A stretch of DNA of 27,282 bases from an uncultured Clostridia bacterium (lineage in GTDB: Bacteria > Bacillota > Clostridia > TANB77 > CAG-508). The stretch covers positions 1 to 27,282 of the forward strand of contig CAKPOC010000005.1 of assembly GCA_934169535.1 (NCBI GenBank), written 5' to 3'. Below, piece after piece: positions 1 to 9,457 of the stretch (the stretch's first letter is position 1; every line of letters begins with the position of its first letter). The position numbers and the translations under genes are program-made. The notes under the pieces are model-generated. The model was not told the DNA's origin. It did no database searches and saw nothing but the letters and a program-made list of their open reading frames with translations.

Positions 1-75
1 TTCGAACCCACGGTAGGCTACAAACCTACGCCAATTTTCAAGACTGGTGCCATAAACCAACTCGACCACCTCTCC
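1..75 (-). tRNA. tRNA-Ser (anticodon UGA), 3' end cut off by the window edge
   Basis: Reverse complement reads GGAGAGGTGGTCGAGTTGGTTTATGGCACCAGTCTTGAAAATTGG...variable arm...GGGTTCGAA. Anticodon loop CTTGAAA gives UGA, and the long variable arm GTAGGTTTGTAGCCTAC fits Ser. Confidence 0.9.
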
Positions 76-99
76 ATGTGTCAACTACTGACAAGTTAT

Positions 100-129
100 A
101 TATTATCACAATTTCTAACCTCTTGTCAA
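100..129 (-). promoter_or_regulatory. Predicted sigma-70-type promoter for the tRNA-Ser gene
   Basis: Minus strand TTGACA (124-129), 18-nt spacer, TAATAT (100-105) with an upstream TG. Confidence 0.5.
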
Positions 130-146
130 GAGTAGTTGATTATTTT

Positions 147-638
147 TTACCTTTTATTTTCAATAGCCTTTTTTATTGCCTCTTCTTCTTCTTTAGATAG
201 TACATATTCAGATTTTCCATCTTTTACATTTTTAGCATATATGTTAGAATTATCCCTTGCATATATTCCATTTAATACAACTCCATTATTTTTATTATCT
301 AGCATTGCTAAGGCAAAGCTTAAATTACTTCCTGTATCCTTGTAAGCATTGTACCTAATCATTCCTATCTTTTTCAAGTAGTCATTTGATCTTTCATCTA
401 GCTTTCTACAGTACTCTATTATTTCTTCATTTTCTTTTTTTATTGAGTCTACCTTTTCAATATACTCTTTTAGCATATCATTGATATTTTCGCCTTTTCC
501 TAGTTTAGTCATAAAATTAGAATAATTCTTCCTTAGTTTGCTTAATTTTATGCAGTTTAATACATATAAAATTATTAACATTACATTTATAACTAAAATA
601 ATTATTTCAAAAATATTAAATTCCATTTTAAAATTCAT
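147..638 (-). CDS. DUF4446-like membrane-anchored protein
   Basis: 163-aa ORF with N-terminal TM segment and the pattern IRYNAYKDTGSNLSFALAMLDNKNNGVVLNGIYARDNS, usual for this family next to parB in Clostridia. Confidence 0.8.
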   Translation of the reverse strand: MNFKMEFNIFEIIILVINVMLIILYVLNCIKLSKLRKNYSNFMTKLGKGENINDMLKEYIEKVDSIKKENEEIIEYCRKLDERSNDYLKKIGMIRYNAYKDTGSNLSFALAMLDNKNNGVVLNGIYARDNSNIYAKNVKDGKSEYVLSKEEEEAIKKAIENKR

Positions 639-674
639 AACTATTAACTTCCTTTTATTTTTATAGTTCTTTAG

Positions 675-1553
675 TTACTTTATTAGTCCAAGAATTCGCT
701 CTAAATCATCATTTGAAGCATATTCAATAACAATTTTTCCTTTTTTAGCTCCTGCTTGTAACTTTACCTTTGTTCCAAAAAATCCTTGAAAAGACTCTTC
801 AATATCTCTATAGATTGCTCTATATTTTTCTTGTGTTTTTTTCTTTCTTTTTTCTGCTGCAATCTTTTCATTATTTATTATTCTATCCAAATCATCAGAA
901 TTATTACCTTCTACTACAATTTGTTGTGCTAATTTTAATTGTTTTTCTGGGTCTTGCATTCTCATTAATGCTCTACATTGTCTTTCACTAAAATTGTGCT
1001 CTAATACTAAATCGATAACTCTTGGATCTAAATTTAATATTCTAATATGGTTTGTTATTCCACTTCTACTTACTCCCAGTCTGTCCGCTAATTGTTGTTG
1101 TGTTAAGCCATAATCATCTAATAATTGCTTTAACCCTCTTGCTCTTTCTATAACATTAAGGTTTTCCCTTTGCATATTTTCTATTAGTGCAATTTCTCTA
1201 TTTTCTTGCTCTGTTTTAGTTCTTACTAAGCAAGGCATTTCTGTAAGTCCTGCTTTTTTAGAAGCTCTCCATCTTCTTTCACCCGCAATTATTTGATAAT
1301 AGTCATCTTTTGGCATTACAATTATTGGTTGAATTACACCATAATTTTTTATTGACTCTGCTAATTCTTCCAGCTTTTCTTCATCAAATTTTTTTCTTGG
1401 TTGATTCCTGTTAGGTTCTATTTGTGTTATTTTTATATTTTGAACAACTTCTCCATCAATTTCTTTTGATGTTTCTTTAACTTCTTCTGTATTTCTTAAA
1501 TTGTCACTAAATAAGGCATCTAGGCCTTTTCCTAAACCTGTCTTCTTAACCAT
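675..1553 (-). CDS. parB: Chromosome-partitioning protein ParB/Spo0J
   Basis: 292 aa; GLGKGLDALF start, NPNRNQPRKKFDEEKLEELAESIKNYGVIQPIIV, ERRWRASK, helix-turn-helix TQQQLADRLGVSRSGITN. Confidence 0.97.
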   Translation of the reverse strand: MVKKTGLGKGLDALFSDNLRNTEEVKETSKEIDGEVVQNIKITQIEPNRNQPRKKFDEEKLEELAESIKNYGVIQPIIVMPKDDYYQIIAGERRWRASKKAGLTEMPCLVRTKTEQENREIALIENMQRENLNVIERARGLKQLLDDYGLTQQQLADRLGVSRSGITNHIRILNLDPRVIDLVLEHNFSERQCRALMRMQDPEKQLKLAQQIVVEGNNSDDLDRIINNEKIAAEKRKKKTQEKYRAIYRDIEESFQGFFGTKVKLQAGAKKGKIVIEYASNDDLERILGLIK

Positions 1554-1578
1554 TTTTTTCTTTCCTTTCTTCTTTTAT

Positions 1579-2370
1579 TTATCTAGCATGCTTTGCTGTT
1601 TTTTTCTCTTCTTCATTCATCTTTAAGAATTCTCTAGTAAATTTATCGTATGCTTTTGCACCTTTTGATCTGCCATCATACATTGTAATAGGCATTCCAT
1701 AGCTTGGTGCTTCGCTTAATCTAACATTTCTTGGAATAACATTTTTATAAACTTTATCTCCAAAATATTTTTTTACTTCATTTACAACTTGGTTTGATAA
1801 GTTTGTCCTTGCATCATACATAGTAAGCAAAGCTCCTTCAACTGTAAGGTTTTTGTTCATATGGCTTCTTACTAGTTCTATTGTGTTTAAAAGTTGTCCT
1901 AATCCCTCCAATGCGTAATATTCACATTGAATCGGTATAAGTACACTATTAGAAGCAGTAAACGCATTTAAAGTTACTAAACCTAAAGAAGGAGGACAGT
2001 CTATTATAATGTAATCATATTCCTCTTTCATATTTTCTAATTTGCTTTTCAATCTAAATTCTCTATTTTCGCAACTTACTAATTGAACCTCTGCTCCTGC
2101 TAAATTTATATTAGATGGACAAAGGTCTAAATTTTTTACTTTAGTAGATTGTAAAGTGTTTTCTATTTCAATGTCTTCTATTAACACGTCATATACAGAA
2201 AATTGTTGTTCCTTTTCAATTCCTAATCCGCTAGTTGCATTCCCCTGTGGATCTGCATCTATTAATAAAACTTTTTTGCCTTTTTTTGCTAATAAAGCGC
2301 TCAAAGTTATTGCTGTAGTAGTTTTTCCAACTCCACCTTTTTGATTTGCTATTGATATTATTTTTCCCAA
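1579..2370 (-). CDS. parA: ParA/Soj-family ATPase
   Basis: 263 aa; KGGVGKTTTAITLSALLA deviant Walker A, LLIDADPQGNATSGLG; adjacent to parB. Confidence 0.97.
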   Translation of the reverse strand: MGKIISIANQKGGVGKTTTAITLSALLAKKGKKVLLIDADPQGNATSGLGIEKEQQFSVYDVLIEDIEIENTLQSTKVKNLDLCPSNINLAGAEVQLVSCENREFRLKSKLENMKEEYDYIIIDCPPSLGLVTLNAFTASNSVLIPIQCEYYALEGLGQLLNTIELVRSHMNKNLTVEGALLTMYDARTNLSNQVVNEVKKYFGDKVYKNVIPRNVRLSEAPSYGMPITMYDGRSKGAKAYDKFTREFLKMNEEEKKTAKHAR

Positions 2371-2475
2371 TGTTATTCCCCCAGTTCACTTTAGTTTACA
2401 TAATTTTTTATATTAAAATATTGACATACTAATAATATACGAATATTTTTAATATGTCAATAATTTTTTCATAAT

Positions 2476-3189
2476 TTATTTAATTGGTTCTTTTGCAGGC
2501 GTGCCAGGCCTTCTAGGGTATTTATTAGGAGTATTTTTAATTTTTTTAATAATTATTATTTTTCTCGATATTTGTTCCTCTCCTAAATTAAATTCTTTTA
2601 TTTGCTCTACTTTTCCGCCAAGAATTTCTATTGCTTTTTTTGCTTCTTCTAATTCTTCCTCTGCTTTTGGTCCTTTCATACACACAATTTTTCCACCTAC
2701 TTTAACAAAAGGAATTAAATATTCTACCAAAATGTTCATAGGAGCAACTGCTCTTGAAACTGCAACGTCAAATTTTTCTCTATATAATTTATTTTTTGCA
2801 AATTCTTCTGCCCTTGCATGATAAATTTCTATATTATTCAAATTTATTTTCTCTTTTACTTCTTTTAAAAAGTTAATTCTTTTATTTAATGAATCTACTA
2901 AAACAAAGTTTGCTTTGCTACAAATTGCAAGTGGAATTCCCGGGAATCCCGCCCCTGTTCCTACATCTATTACACTTTCGTTTTCTTTAATTTCATCTAA
3001 AATTGTAAGTGAATCCAAAAAATGTTTCTTTATAACTTCAAAAGGCTCAGTAATTGCTGTTAAATTTATTTTTTCATTCCACTCTAATAATAAGTTCATA
3101 TATTCAAAAAAATTTTTTTGTTGCTCATCATTTGCTCTCTGCTTATTATCTATTCTTTCAAATTCTTTTTTAAATTCTTCTAAATTCAT
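2476..3189 (-). CDS. rsmG: 16S rRNA (guanine-N7) methyltransferase RsmG (GidB)
   Basis: 237 aa; NEKINLTAITEPFEVIKKHFLDSLT, VIDVGTGAGFPGIPLAI, AVAPMNILVEYLIPFVKVGG; conserved position next to mnmG. Confidence 0.97.
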   Translation of the reverse strand: MNLEEFKKEFERIDNKQRANDEQQKNFFEYMNLLLEWNEKINLTAITEPFEVIKKHFLDSLTILDEIKENESVIDVGTGAGFPGIPLAICSKANFVLVDSLNKRINFLKEVKEKINLNNIEIYHARAEEFAKNKLYREKFDVAVSRAVAPMNILVEYLIPFVKVGGKIVCMKGPKAEEELEEAKKAIEILGGKVEQIKEFNLGEEQISRKIIIIKKIKNTPNKYPRRPGTPAKEPIK

Positions 3190-3191
3190 AA

Positions 3192-5078
3192 TTACTCCTT
3201 TTCGCTTCTTTTACTTTGTTCTAAATATATAAGAAGTACTGATATATCAGCCGGTGAAACTCCTGATATTCTTGAAGCTTGGCCTACCGATTCTGGTTTA
3301 ATTTTATTTAATTTTTGTCTTGCCTCTAGTCTTAATCCTAAAATTTGAGAATAATCTATCTTGTCACTTAGCTTTTTTTCTTCTAATTTTTTAAATTTTT
3401 GAACTTGTCCCTCTTCTAATTTTAAGTATCCCTCATATTTTATTTGTATTTCTACTTCATTTTCTTCTTCTTTTGTAAGTTTAGGAGCATCTTTATCTAT
3501 CTCTTTTATATTTTCATACTTAATTTCAGTTCTTTTTAGTAAATCTGCCATTTTTACTCCTGCTTTAATCTCTGTAGAACCACATTTTTTTAAAACATTG
3601 TTTACTTCTTCAGTAGGCTTCGCTGTTTTTTTCTTTAATCTTTCAATTTCATCAAAAATATGTTGCTTTTTTTCTAAAAATTTATTATATCTTTCCTCTG
3701 ATATTAATCCGTTTTCATATCCTATTTTTAAAAGTCTTAAATCTGCATTATCTTGCCTTAAAAGGAGCCTATATTCAGCTCTTGAGGTCATCATTCTATA
3801 TGGTTCATTAGTTCCTTTTGTTACAATATCGTCAATTAATACTCCTATATATGCTTGAGATCTGTCCAATACCAGCGGTTCTTTTCCTTTTATTTTTCTT
3901 GCTGCATTTATTCCAGCAATTATTCCTTGGCTTGCAGCTTCTTCATATCCTGAAGTTCCATTTATTTGTCCTGCAAAGAACATTCCAGAAATATCTTTAT
4001 ATTCTAGCGAAAGTTTCAACTTTGATGGATCTATGCAGTCATATTCTATTGCATATGCCGGTCTTGTAAATTCAGCCTTTTCAAGGCCTGGAATTGTTCT
4101 ATACATTGCAATTTGAACATCTTCAGGAAGTGAAGAACTCATTCCTTGTATATACATTTCCTCAGTATCTTCTCCAAGTGGCTCAACAAAAACTTGATGT
4201 CTTTCTTTATCTGCAAATCTTACAACTTTGTCTTCTATTGAAGGGCAATATCTTGGCCCTGTTCCTACTATATTTCCAGAATATAAAGGAGACCTATTTA
4301 AATTTTTTCTAATTATTTCATGTGTTTTTGCATTTGTATATGTTAAATAACAAGGTTCTTGTTTTTTATTTGAATCGATCTTGTCTTCGAATGAAAAGGC
4401 TTCAATTTCTTTGTCTCCTTCTTGAATTTCCATTTTAGAAAAATCTATCGTTCTTTTATTTATTCTAGCTGGTGTTCCTGTTTTAAACCTTACAAGTTTA
4501 ATATTTAAATCATTTAAAACTTTTGATAATTCTTTGCTAGAAGCTACTCCATCTGGGCCTCCTTCATAAGAAGTTTCTCCTATAAATATTTTTCCATTTA
4601 AATATGTTCCGGTGCAAAGAATTACAGCTTTAACTTTATATATTGCCCCAATATTTGTTTCAACACTTTCTACCTTATTATCATTTACATTAATGTTAAC
4701 AATTTCAGCTTGCTTTAAATATAAATTTTCTTGTTTTTCTAAAGTGTGCTTCATTTCCATTTGATATTTTTTTCTGTCCGCCTGTGCTCTTAAAGAATAC
4801 ACAGCTGGTCCTTTGGAAGTGTTAAGCATCCTCATTTGAAGATAAGTTTTATCTATATTTTTACCCATTTCACCCCCTAGGCAATCAATTTCTCTTACCA
4901 AATGTCCTTTTGAACTTCCTCCTATGTGTGGGTTACAAGGCATATTTGCAACAGCTTCTAGACTTATTGAAAATATTAAAGTCTTTAACCCCATTCTGCT
5001 GCATGCAAGCGCTGCTTCACATCCTGCATGTCCTGCACCTATAACTGCAACATCATATTCTCCTGCTTCGTATTTCAT
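3192..5078 (-). CDS. mnmG: tRNA uridine-5-carboxymethylaminomethyl modification enzyme MnmG (GidA)
   Basis: 628 aa; [64 protein letters not shown]. Confidence 0.98.
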   Translation of the reverse strand: MKYEAGEYDVAVIGAGHAGCEAALACSRMGLKTLIFSISLEAVANMPCNPHIGGSSKGHLVREIDCLGGEMGKNIDKTYLQMRMLNTSKGPAVYSLRAQADRKKYQMEMKHTLEKQENLYLKQAEIVNINVNDNKVESVETNIGAIYKVKAVILCTGTYLNGKIFIGETSYEGGPDGVASSKELSKVLNDLNIKLVRFKTGTPARINKRTIDFSKMEIQEGDKEIEAFSFEDKIDSNKKQEPCYLTYTNAKTHEIIRKNLNRSPLYSGNIVGTGPRYCPSIEDKVVRFADKERHQVFVEPLGEDTEEMYIQGMSSSLPEDVQIAMYRTIPGLEKAEFTRPAYAIEYDCIDPSKLKLSLEYKDISGMFFAGQINGTSGYEEAASQGIIAGINAARKIKGKEPLVLDRSQAYIGVLIDDIVTKGTNEPYRMMTSRAEYRLLLRQDNADLRLLKIGYENGLISEERYNKFLEKKQHIFDEIERLKKKTAKPTEEVNNVLKKCGSTEIKAGVKMADLLKRTEIKYENIKEIDKDAPKLTKEEENEVEIQIKYEGYLKLEEGQVQKFKKLEEKKLSDKIDYSQILGLRLEARQKLNKIKPESVGQASRISGVSPADISVLLIYLEQSKRSEKE

Positions 5079-5375
5079 ATTTTATTCCTTTCTTTTTTAT
5101 TTTGTGGAAACATTTTTGAGTCAAGCCGGAAACATCATTTTTTGTTCGTTAAACTTTTGTTTTGTATTTTTCTTTGTTTCTCGCTTTTAGAGCTTGTTTC
5201 CTCGTTTCATTTTTATTTTTGTGTTCGTATTATAAGTTTAAATGCGTTTCTATATATTATGTCACCTTTGTCTTGTTTTTTGATATCTATGAGTTAAAAT
5301 TGAATTTATTTTTTATATCAATTAGTTAATTTTTCTTTGCATAATTTACATAATTTTAAAAATGGTACCAATTTT

Positions 5376-6743
5376 TTATTTTCCTAAGCAAAACTTCTTA
5401 AAAATTTCATTTATTATGTCTTCAGATGCGTTTTCTCCAGTTATACTTAATAAATTTTCTAAAATTTCTTTTATACATATTGAAGATATATCTACTGGCA
5501 TATTGTTTTTTATTGCTTCTTTTGCTTTTTTTAAGGCTTCTATGGCTTTTATTATATACTCTTTTTGTCTTTGGCTTGTCACAATTTCGCTATCATCTAA
5601 TTCTATTTGCCTTGCATTAAATAATTTTAATATTTCATCTTGTAAAAGATCATATCCTGTTTCATTTATTGTTGAAAAATTTATTTTTACATTTTTTAAT
5701 TTTTTTATTATTTCATTATTTTCTATGTACCCTTTTTTCAAATCAGTTTTATTTATAATTATTATTGCCTTTTTATTTTTTATAATTTCTATTATTTCTT
5801 TATCTTCCTCGTCAAGCTCACGAGAATCGTCAAATACAGCAATTATTAAGTCAGCAGTATTAATTATTTGTTTACTTTTTTTAACCCCTATTTGCTCAAT
5901 CTCGTCGCTTGTGTTTCTTATACCTGCTGTATCTATAATTTTTAGTGGAATTCCTTTTATATTTATATATTCTTCTATTGTGTCCCTTGTTGTGCCTTCT
6001 ATATTACTTACAATTGCCCTTTCTTCGCCTAAGATCATATTTAGTAAAGACGATTTTCCTACATTTGGCTTTCCTATAATCGTAGTTTTTATTCCTTCTC
6101 TTAAAATTTTTCCAATTGAAAAGCTTTCTTCTAGTTTTTTTAATTTTTCTTCTATATCGTTTAAAATATTATTAATTTTTTTATTAGTCGTTTCTTCAAT
6201 GTCATATTCAGGATAATCTATTGAGGCTTCTATGTCTGACATTAAATCTAATAATTCACTTTTTATTTCATTTATTTTTATAGATAATTTCCCGTCCAAA
6301 TGACGCTGTGCAACTTCCATTTCTTTTTCAGTTTTTGAATTTATTATATCTATAATAGATTCTGCTTGCGTTAAATCAATTCTTCCATTTAAAAATGCCC
6401 TTTTTGTGAATTCGCCTGGTTCCGCAAGTGTTGCGCCATTTTTTATGCACTCTTCTAATATGATTTTTTCAACAATCATTCCTCCATGTGCATTTATTTC
6501 ACACATATTTTCTTTAGTATAACTTTTAGGGCTAACGAAATATGAAACTAAAACTTCGTCAATGATTTCTTTTGTTTCATATTTTATTATATTCCCATAT
6601 TTCATTGTATACCCTTTTATAGGGCCTTTATTTTTGGGAACAAATATTTTTTCTAAAATTTTAAAGCAATCTTTTCCACTCATTCTTATTATTCCAATTC
6701 CGGCATTTCCTGGTGCCGTAGATATTGCAACTATTGTACTCAT
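5376..6743 (-). CDS. mnmE: tRNA modification GTPase MnmE (TrmE)
   Basis: 455 aa; STIVAISTAPGNAGIGIIRMSG, GKPNVGKSSLLN, TRDTIEE, C-terminal FCLGK. Confidence 0.98.
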   Translation of the reverse strand: MSTIVAISTAPGNAGIGIIRMSGKDCFKILEKIFVPKNKGPIKGYTMKYGNIIKYETKEIIDEVLVSYFVSPKSYTKENMCEINAHGGMIVEKIILEECIKNGATLAEPGEFTKRAFLNGRIDLTQAESIIDIINSKTEKEMEVAQRHLDGKLSIKINEIKSELLDLMSDIEASIDYPEYDIEETTNKKINNILNDIEEKLKKLEESFSIGKILREGIKTTIIGKPNVGKSSLLNMILGEERAIVSNIEGTTRDTIEEYINIKGIPLKIIDTAGIRNTSDEIEQIGVKKSKQIINTADLIIAVFDDSRELDEEDKEIIEIIKNKKAIIIINKTDLKKGYIENNEIIKKLKNVKINFSTINETGYDLLQDEILKLFNARQIELDDSEIVTSQRQKEYIIKAIEALKKAKEAIKNNMPVDISSICIKEILENLLSITGENASEDIINEIFKKFCLGK

Positions 6744-6821
6744 TTTTCCTCCTAAAAAAAGTCAAAGCAAGATTATAGAATTAACTAAAATCCGAACTTT
6801 GACTTCCGATTTAATATAAAA

Positions 6822-7508
6822 TTATTTTTTCTCAATTATTACTCTTCTTTTGTCGCCTTCGCCTATGCTATAAGTTGTTACTTTTGTACTATCTTGTAAT
6901 GTTGTATGAATAATTTTTCTTTCATATGGTGTCATAGGCTCTAACGTTACCTTTTTTCCTGTCCTAGCTACAGTTTTTTCTATTTTTGAAGCAAGGTCTT
7001 CTAATGTCTTTTTTCTTGTATCTTTATAGTTTCCTATATCTAATATTACTTTTACTTTATCTTCTATATTTTTTCCAGCTATATTGGTTATTATTAGCTG
7101 TAAAGAATTTAAAGCTTCTCCTCTATAACCAATTAAATTAGTTGAATCTTCTCCCTCAATTACTACATTTATTTTATTGTCATTTATTAAAACTTTGTAA
7201 CTTATTTTGTCAGATATTGTTTTTAAGAATTCACTTAAAAAGTTCTCTACATTTTCCTTTGCTTTTAAAAGGTTTTCTTCACTTATTTTTATTTCTTCCT
7301 TATGTTCTTTTTCCTTTTTTCCCTCTTTGCTTTCTTTTACAGTAATTTCAACTTTTACAATGTGTGGATCTAATATGCTAAAAAAGCTTTTTTTCTTTTC
7401 TTCTAATACTTTAATTTCCGCTTGTTCTTTTTTTATTCCAAGCTCTTTTAAGCCTTTTTCTATTGCTTCTTGAGTTGTTTTTCCCTCTGATATTATAGTA
7501 TTAAGCAT
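6822..7508 (-). CDS. jag: RNA-binding protein Jag/KhpB (Jag_N, KH and R3H regions)
   Basis: 228 aa; Jag_N-like N-terminus (GKTTQEAIEKGLKELGI), GYRGEALNSLQLI, C-terminal R3H-like LTPYERKIIHTTLQ..TYSIGEGDKRRVIIEKK; adjacent to yidC. Confidence 0.93.
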   Translation of the reverse strand: MLNTIISEGKTTQEAIEKGLKELGIKKEQAEIKVLEEKKKSFFSILDPHIVKVEITVKESKEGKKEKEHKEEIKISEENLLKAKENVENFLSEFLKTISDKISYKVLINDNKINVVIEGEDSTNLIGYRGEALNSLQLIITNIAGKNIEDKVKVILDIGNYKDTRKKTLEDLASKIEKTVARTGKKVTLEPMTPYERKIIHTTLQDSTKVTTYSIGEGDKRRVIIEKK

Positions 7509-8337
7509 TTTCTTCGTTCTCCTTATCTTTGTTAAAAAATTTATTTATAATTAATCTTTCTATAATCATTACTAAATTACTTATAAACCAATAAAGTGCT
7601 AAGCCTAGTGGGGCAATAAATGCTATTGAAATAGACATAATTGGAAGCATATAGTTCATTGACTTATTCATCTGTTCCATAGAATTCGCTAAGTCTTCTC
7701 CACCTTGCTCTTCCCCATCTTTCTTTTTTGTTTGGCTGTTATTAGTTAATTTCATTGATATCATTGAAGTTATTACATATAAGATAGGAATAATGTATAC
7801 TGTTGGATCTTTTAAATTCTGCATTGGAACTTTGCTTAAATCTAAACCTAAAAACTGCATATTAATATATACATTTTCATCTTGCTCAGATTTTTTTTGA
7901 ATTATTTGAATTTCTGGATAATTCGAAGCAGCTCCGCTTTCTTCTTTTATTTCGTTAGAATATTGGTTTATTAATTCAGGATTTACTTTTTTCATATATG
8001 TAAGTGGCTTACTTACAACCCAAAATACTGATAATATTATAACTATTTGTAAAATTGAAATTACACATCCTGAAAAAGGATTAAACTTTTCTGTTTTATA
8101 TAAATCTATAGTTGCCTGATTTAGTCTTTCTGGATCATTTTTATATTTATTTTGTATTTCAGTCATTTTTGCTTGCATTCTGTTTTGTGCTTTTACAGAC
8201 TTTTGCTGAATAATAGTTATTGGAATTAGTATTATTCTAAGTAGTATAGTAAACAGAATAATCGCTATTCCGTAGTTGTTTACTAAGTTATACAAAAAAT
8301 TTAAAACATATCCAAATAAACTTGATATTGCTCCCAT
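7501..8337 (-). CDS. yidC: Membrane protein insertase YidC/SpoIIIJ
   Basis: 278 aa; NNYGIAIILFTILLRIILIPIT, KYKNDPERLNQATIDLYK, multiple TM segments. Confidence 0.95.
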   Translation of the reverse strand: MGAISSLFGYVLNFLYNLVNNYGIAIILFTILLRIILIPITIIQQKSVKAQNRMQAKMTEIQNKYKNDPERLNQATIDLYKTEKFNPFSGCVISILQIVIILSVFWVVSKPLTYMKKVNPELINQYSNEIKEESGAASNYPEIQIIQKKSEQDENVYINMQFLGLDLSKVPMQNLKDPTVYIIPILYVITSMISMKLTNNSQTKKKDGEEQGGEDLANSMEQMNKSMNYMLPIMSISIAFIAPLGLALYWFISNLVMIIERLIINKFFNKDKENEENA

Positions 8338-8350
8338 ATTGTACCTCCAC

Positions 8351-8569
8351 TTATTTTAAAGGGTCATATCCTCCTTTTGAAAAAGGATTACACTTTAAAA
8401 TTCTTTTTATTGCTTTTGCCGTTCCTATAAAACAGCCATATTTTTCTATCGCTTGTCTTGCATATTCAGAACAGCTTGGATAGAATTTGCAATTTATCCC
8501 TATTTTAGATAATACAGGAGATAAATTTTTTTGATATATTTTTATCATATAAATTAAAATTTTTTTCAT
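8351..8569 (-). CDS. yidD: Membrane protein insertion efficiency factor YidD
   Basis: 72 aa; IKIYQKNLSPVL..CKFYPSCSEYARQAIEKYG. Confidence 0.95.
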   Translation of the reverse strand: MKKILIYMIKIYQKNLSPVLSKIGINCKFYPSCSEYARQAIEKYGCFIGTAKAIKRILKCNPFSKGGYDPLK

Positions 8570-8910
8570 TTTTTTAATAATGTTGCTTCCTCAAAGCATT
8601 TATTCATTTCGCTTTTTATTGATTCATAGCAATTATAATCCACAGGTGTTTTTTTGTTCCATAAAAAAACTATGTCATAGCCTTTTTCTAATTTTTTCAT
8701 TATGTCATAATAATTTGCCCTGATAAGTCTTTTTATTTTATTACGCCCTACTGCCTTGCATAAATGTTTATTAATAGCAACTCCAAAAGTATTTTCATTT
8801 TTATTGTTTGGTTTTATGTATACAATTATATGTTTTTTTACATAGTATTTTCCATATTTTAAAACATTGTTAAATTCATAATTTTTTTTTAGGGTTTTAA
8901 TTTTCTTCAT
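8566..8910 (-). CDS. rnpA: Ribonuclease P protein component
   Basis: 114 aa; GVAINKHLCKAVGRNKIKRLIRANY, a KxVxRNxxKRxxR-type core; between yidD and rpmH, overlapping yidD by 4 nt. Confidence 0.93.
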   Translation of the reverse strand: MKKIKTLKKNYEFNNVLKYGKYYVKKHIIVYIKPNNKNENTFGVAINKHLCKAVGRNKIKRLIRANYYDIMKKLEKGYDIVFLWNKKTPVDYNCYESIKSEMNKCFEEATLLKK

Positions 8911-8932
8911 TTTTACTCTTCTAAAATATAAT

Positions 8933-8963
8933 AATAAAAAAGACCACTAAACGCTTTAGTGGC
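8933..8963 (-). terminator. Intrinsic terminator or attenuator between rpmH and rnpA
   Basis: Perfect 8-bp stem CCACTAAA/TTTAGTGG (8944-8962, 3-nt loop), followed on the minus strand by TCTTTTTATT. Confidence 0.7.
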
Positions 8964-8976
8964 TCAAATTAAGTAA

Positions 8977-9111
8977 CTACGCACTAAGTTTTTTTCTGCC
9001 TTTTGCACGTCTAGCTTTTATTATGTTTCTTCCAGCTCTTGTACTCATTCTTTTCATAAAACCATGTTCTTTTTGTCTTTGTATTTTTTTAGGTTGATAT
9101 GTTCTTTTCAT
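8977..9111 (-). CDS. rpmH: 50S ribosomal protein L34 (absent from the supplied ORF track)
   Basis: Reverse-complement translation [44 protein letters not shown] (44 aa), classic L34. Confidence 0.98.
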   Translation of the reverse strand: MKRTYQPKKIQRQKEHGFMKRMSTRAGRNIIKARRAKGRKKLSA

Positions 9112-9173
9112 TTAAAGCACCTCCTATTTTGTGTATATTAATTATTACTAATTTTCTTTCATAAGTATTTGAT

Positions 9174-9203
9174 ATTATATACCAAGAATCACGGTTATGT
9201 CAA
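9174..9203 (-). promoter_or_regulatory. Predicted promoter of the rpmH operon
   Basis: Minus strand TTGACA (9198-9203), N18, TATAAT (9174-9179). Confidence 0.65.
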
Positions 9204-9249
9204 TACTTTTACAGAAATTTAAAAATATTTATTTTTCTTTTGTTTTTTA

Positions 9250-9278
9250 TTGACTAATATCCCCTATTTTGATATTAT
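9250..9278 (+). promoter_or_regulatory. Predicted dnaA promoter
   Basis: Plus strand TTGACT (9250-9255), N17, TATTAT (9273-9278), upstream of dnaA. Confidence 0.6.
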
Positions 9279-9366
9279 ATACCAAAATGATAAGTGCGGT
9301 AAAAACTTTTTTGTTTTTTTGCTTACGCCTATACGTAAAAACTAAGGATAATGAATAGTTTGGAAG

Positions 9367-9399
9367 TTATCCACAATCTGTGGATAACCCTGTGGATAA
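9367..9399. promoter_or_regulatory. oriC DnaA-box cluster 1, upstream of dnaA: three perfect TTATCCACA boxes
   Basis: TTATCCACA 9367-9375; TGTGGATAA 9379-9387 and 9391-9399. Confidence 0.93.
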
Positions 9400-9457
9400 C
9401 TATGTGAATAACATTTATTTTTTTACTTTTTTCTTAATTATTGGAAGGATTATCAAA

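Noticed and set aside
5362-6216. 284-aa plus-strand ORF and other plus-strand ORFs opposite mnmE, mnmG, rsmG, parA and yidC
   Set aside because: They are antisense to clearly identified housekeeping genes and have low-complexity Ser/Phe/Ile/Leu composition typical of antisense frames in AT-rich DNA.
9380-9457. ORF-track N-terminal extension of DnaA (MDNPVDNYVNNIYFF...)
   Set aside because: It starts at a GTG inside DnaA box 2 and translates box DNA. ATG 9458 with GGAAGG upstream gives a normal DnaA start.
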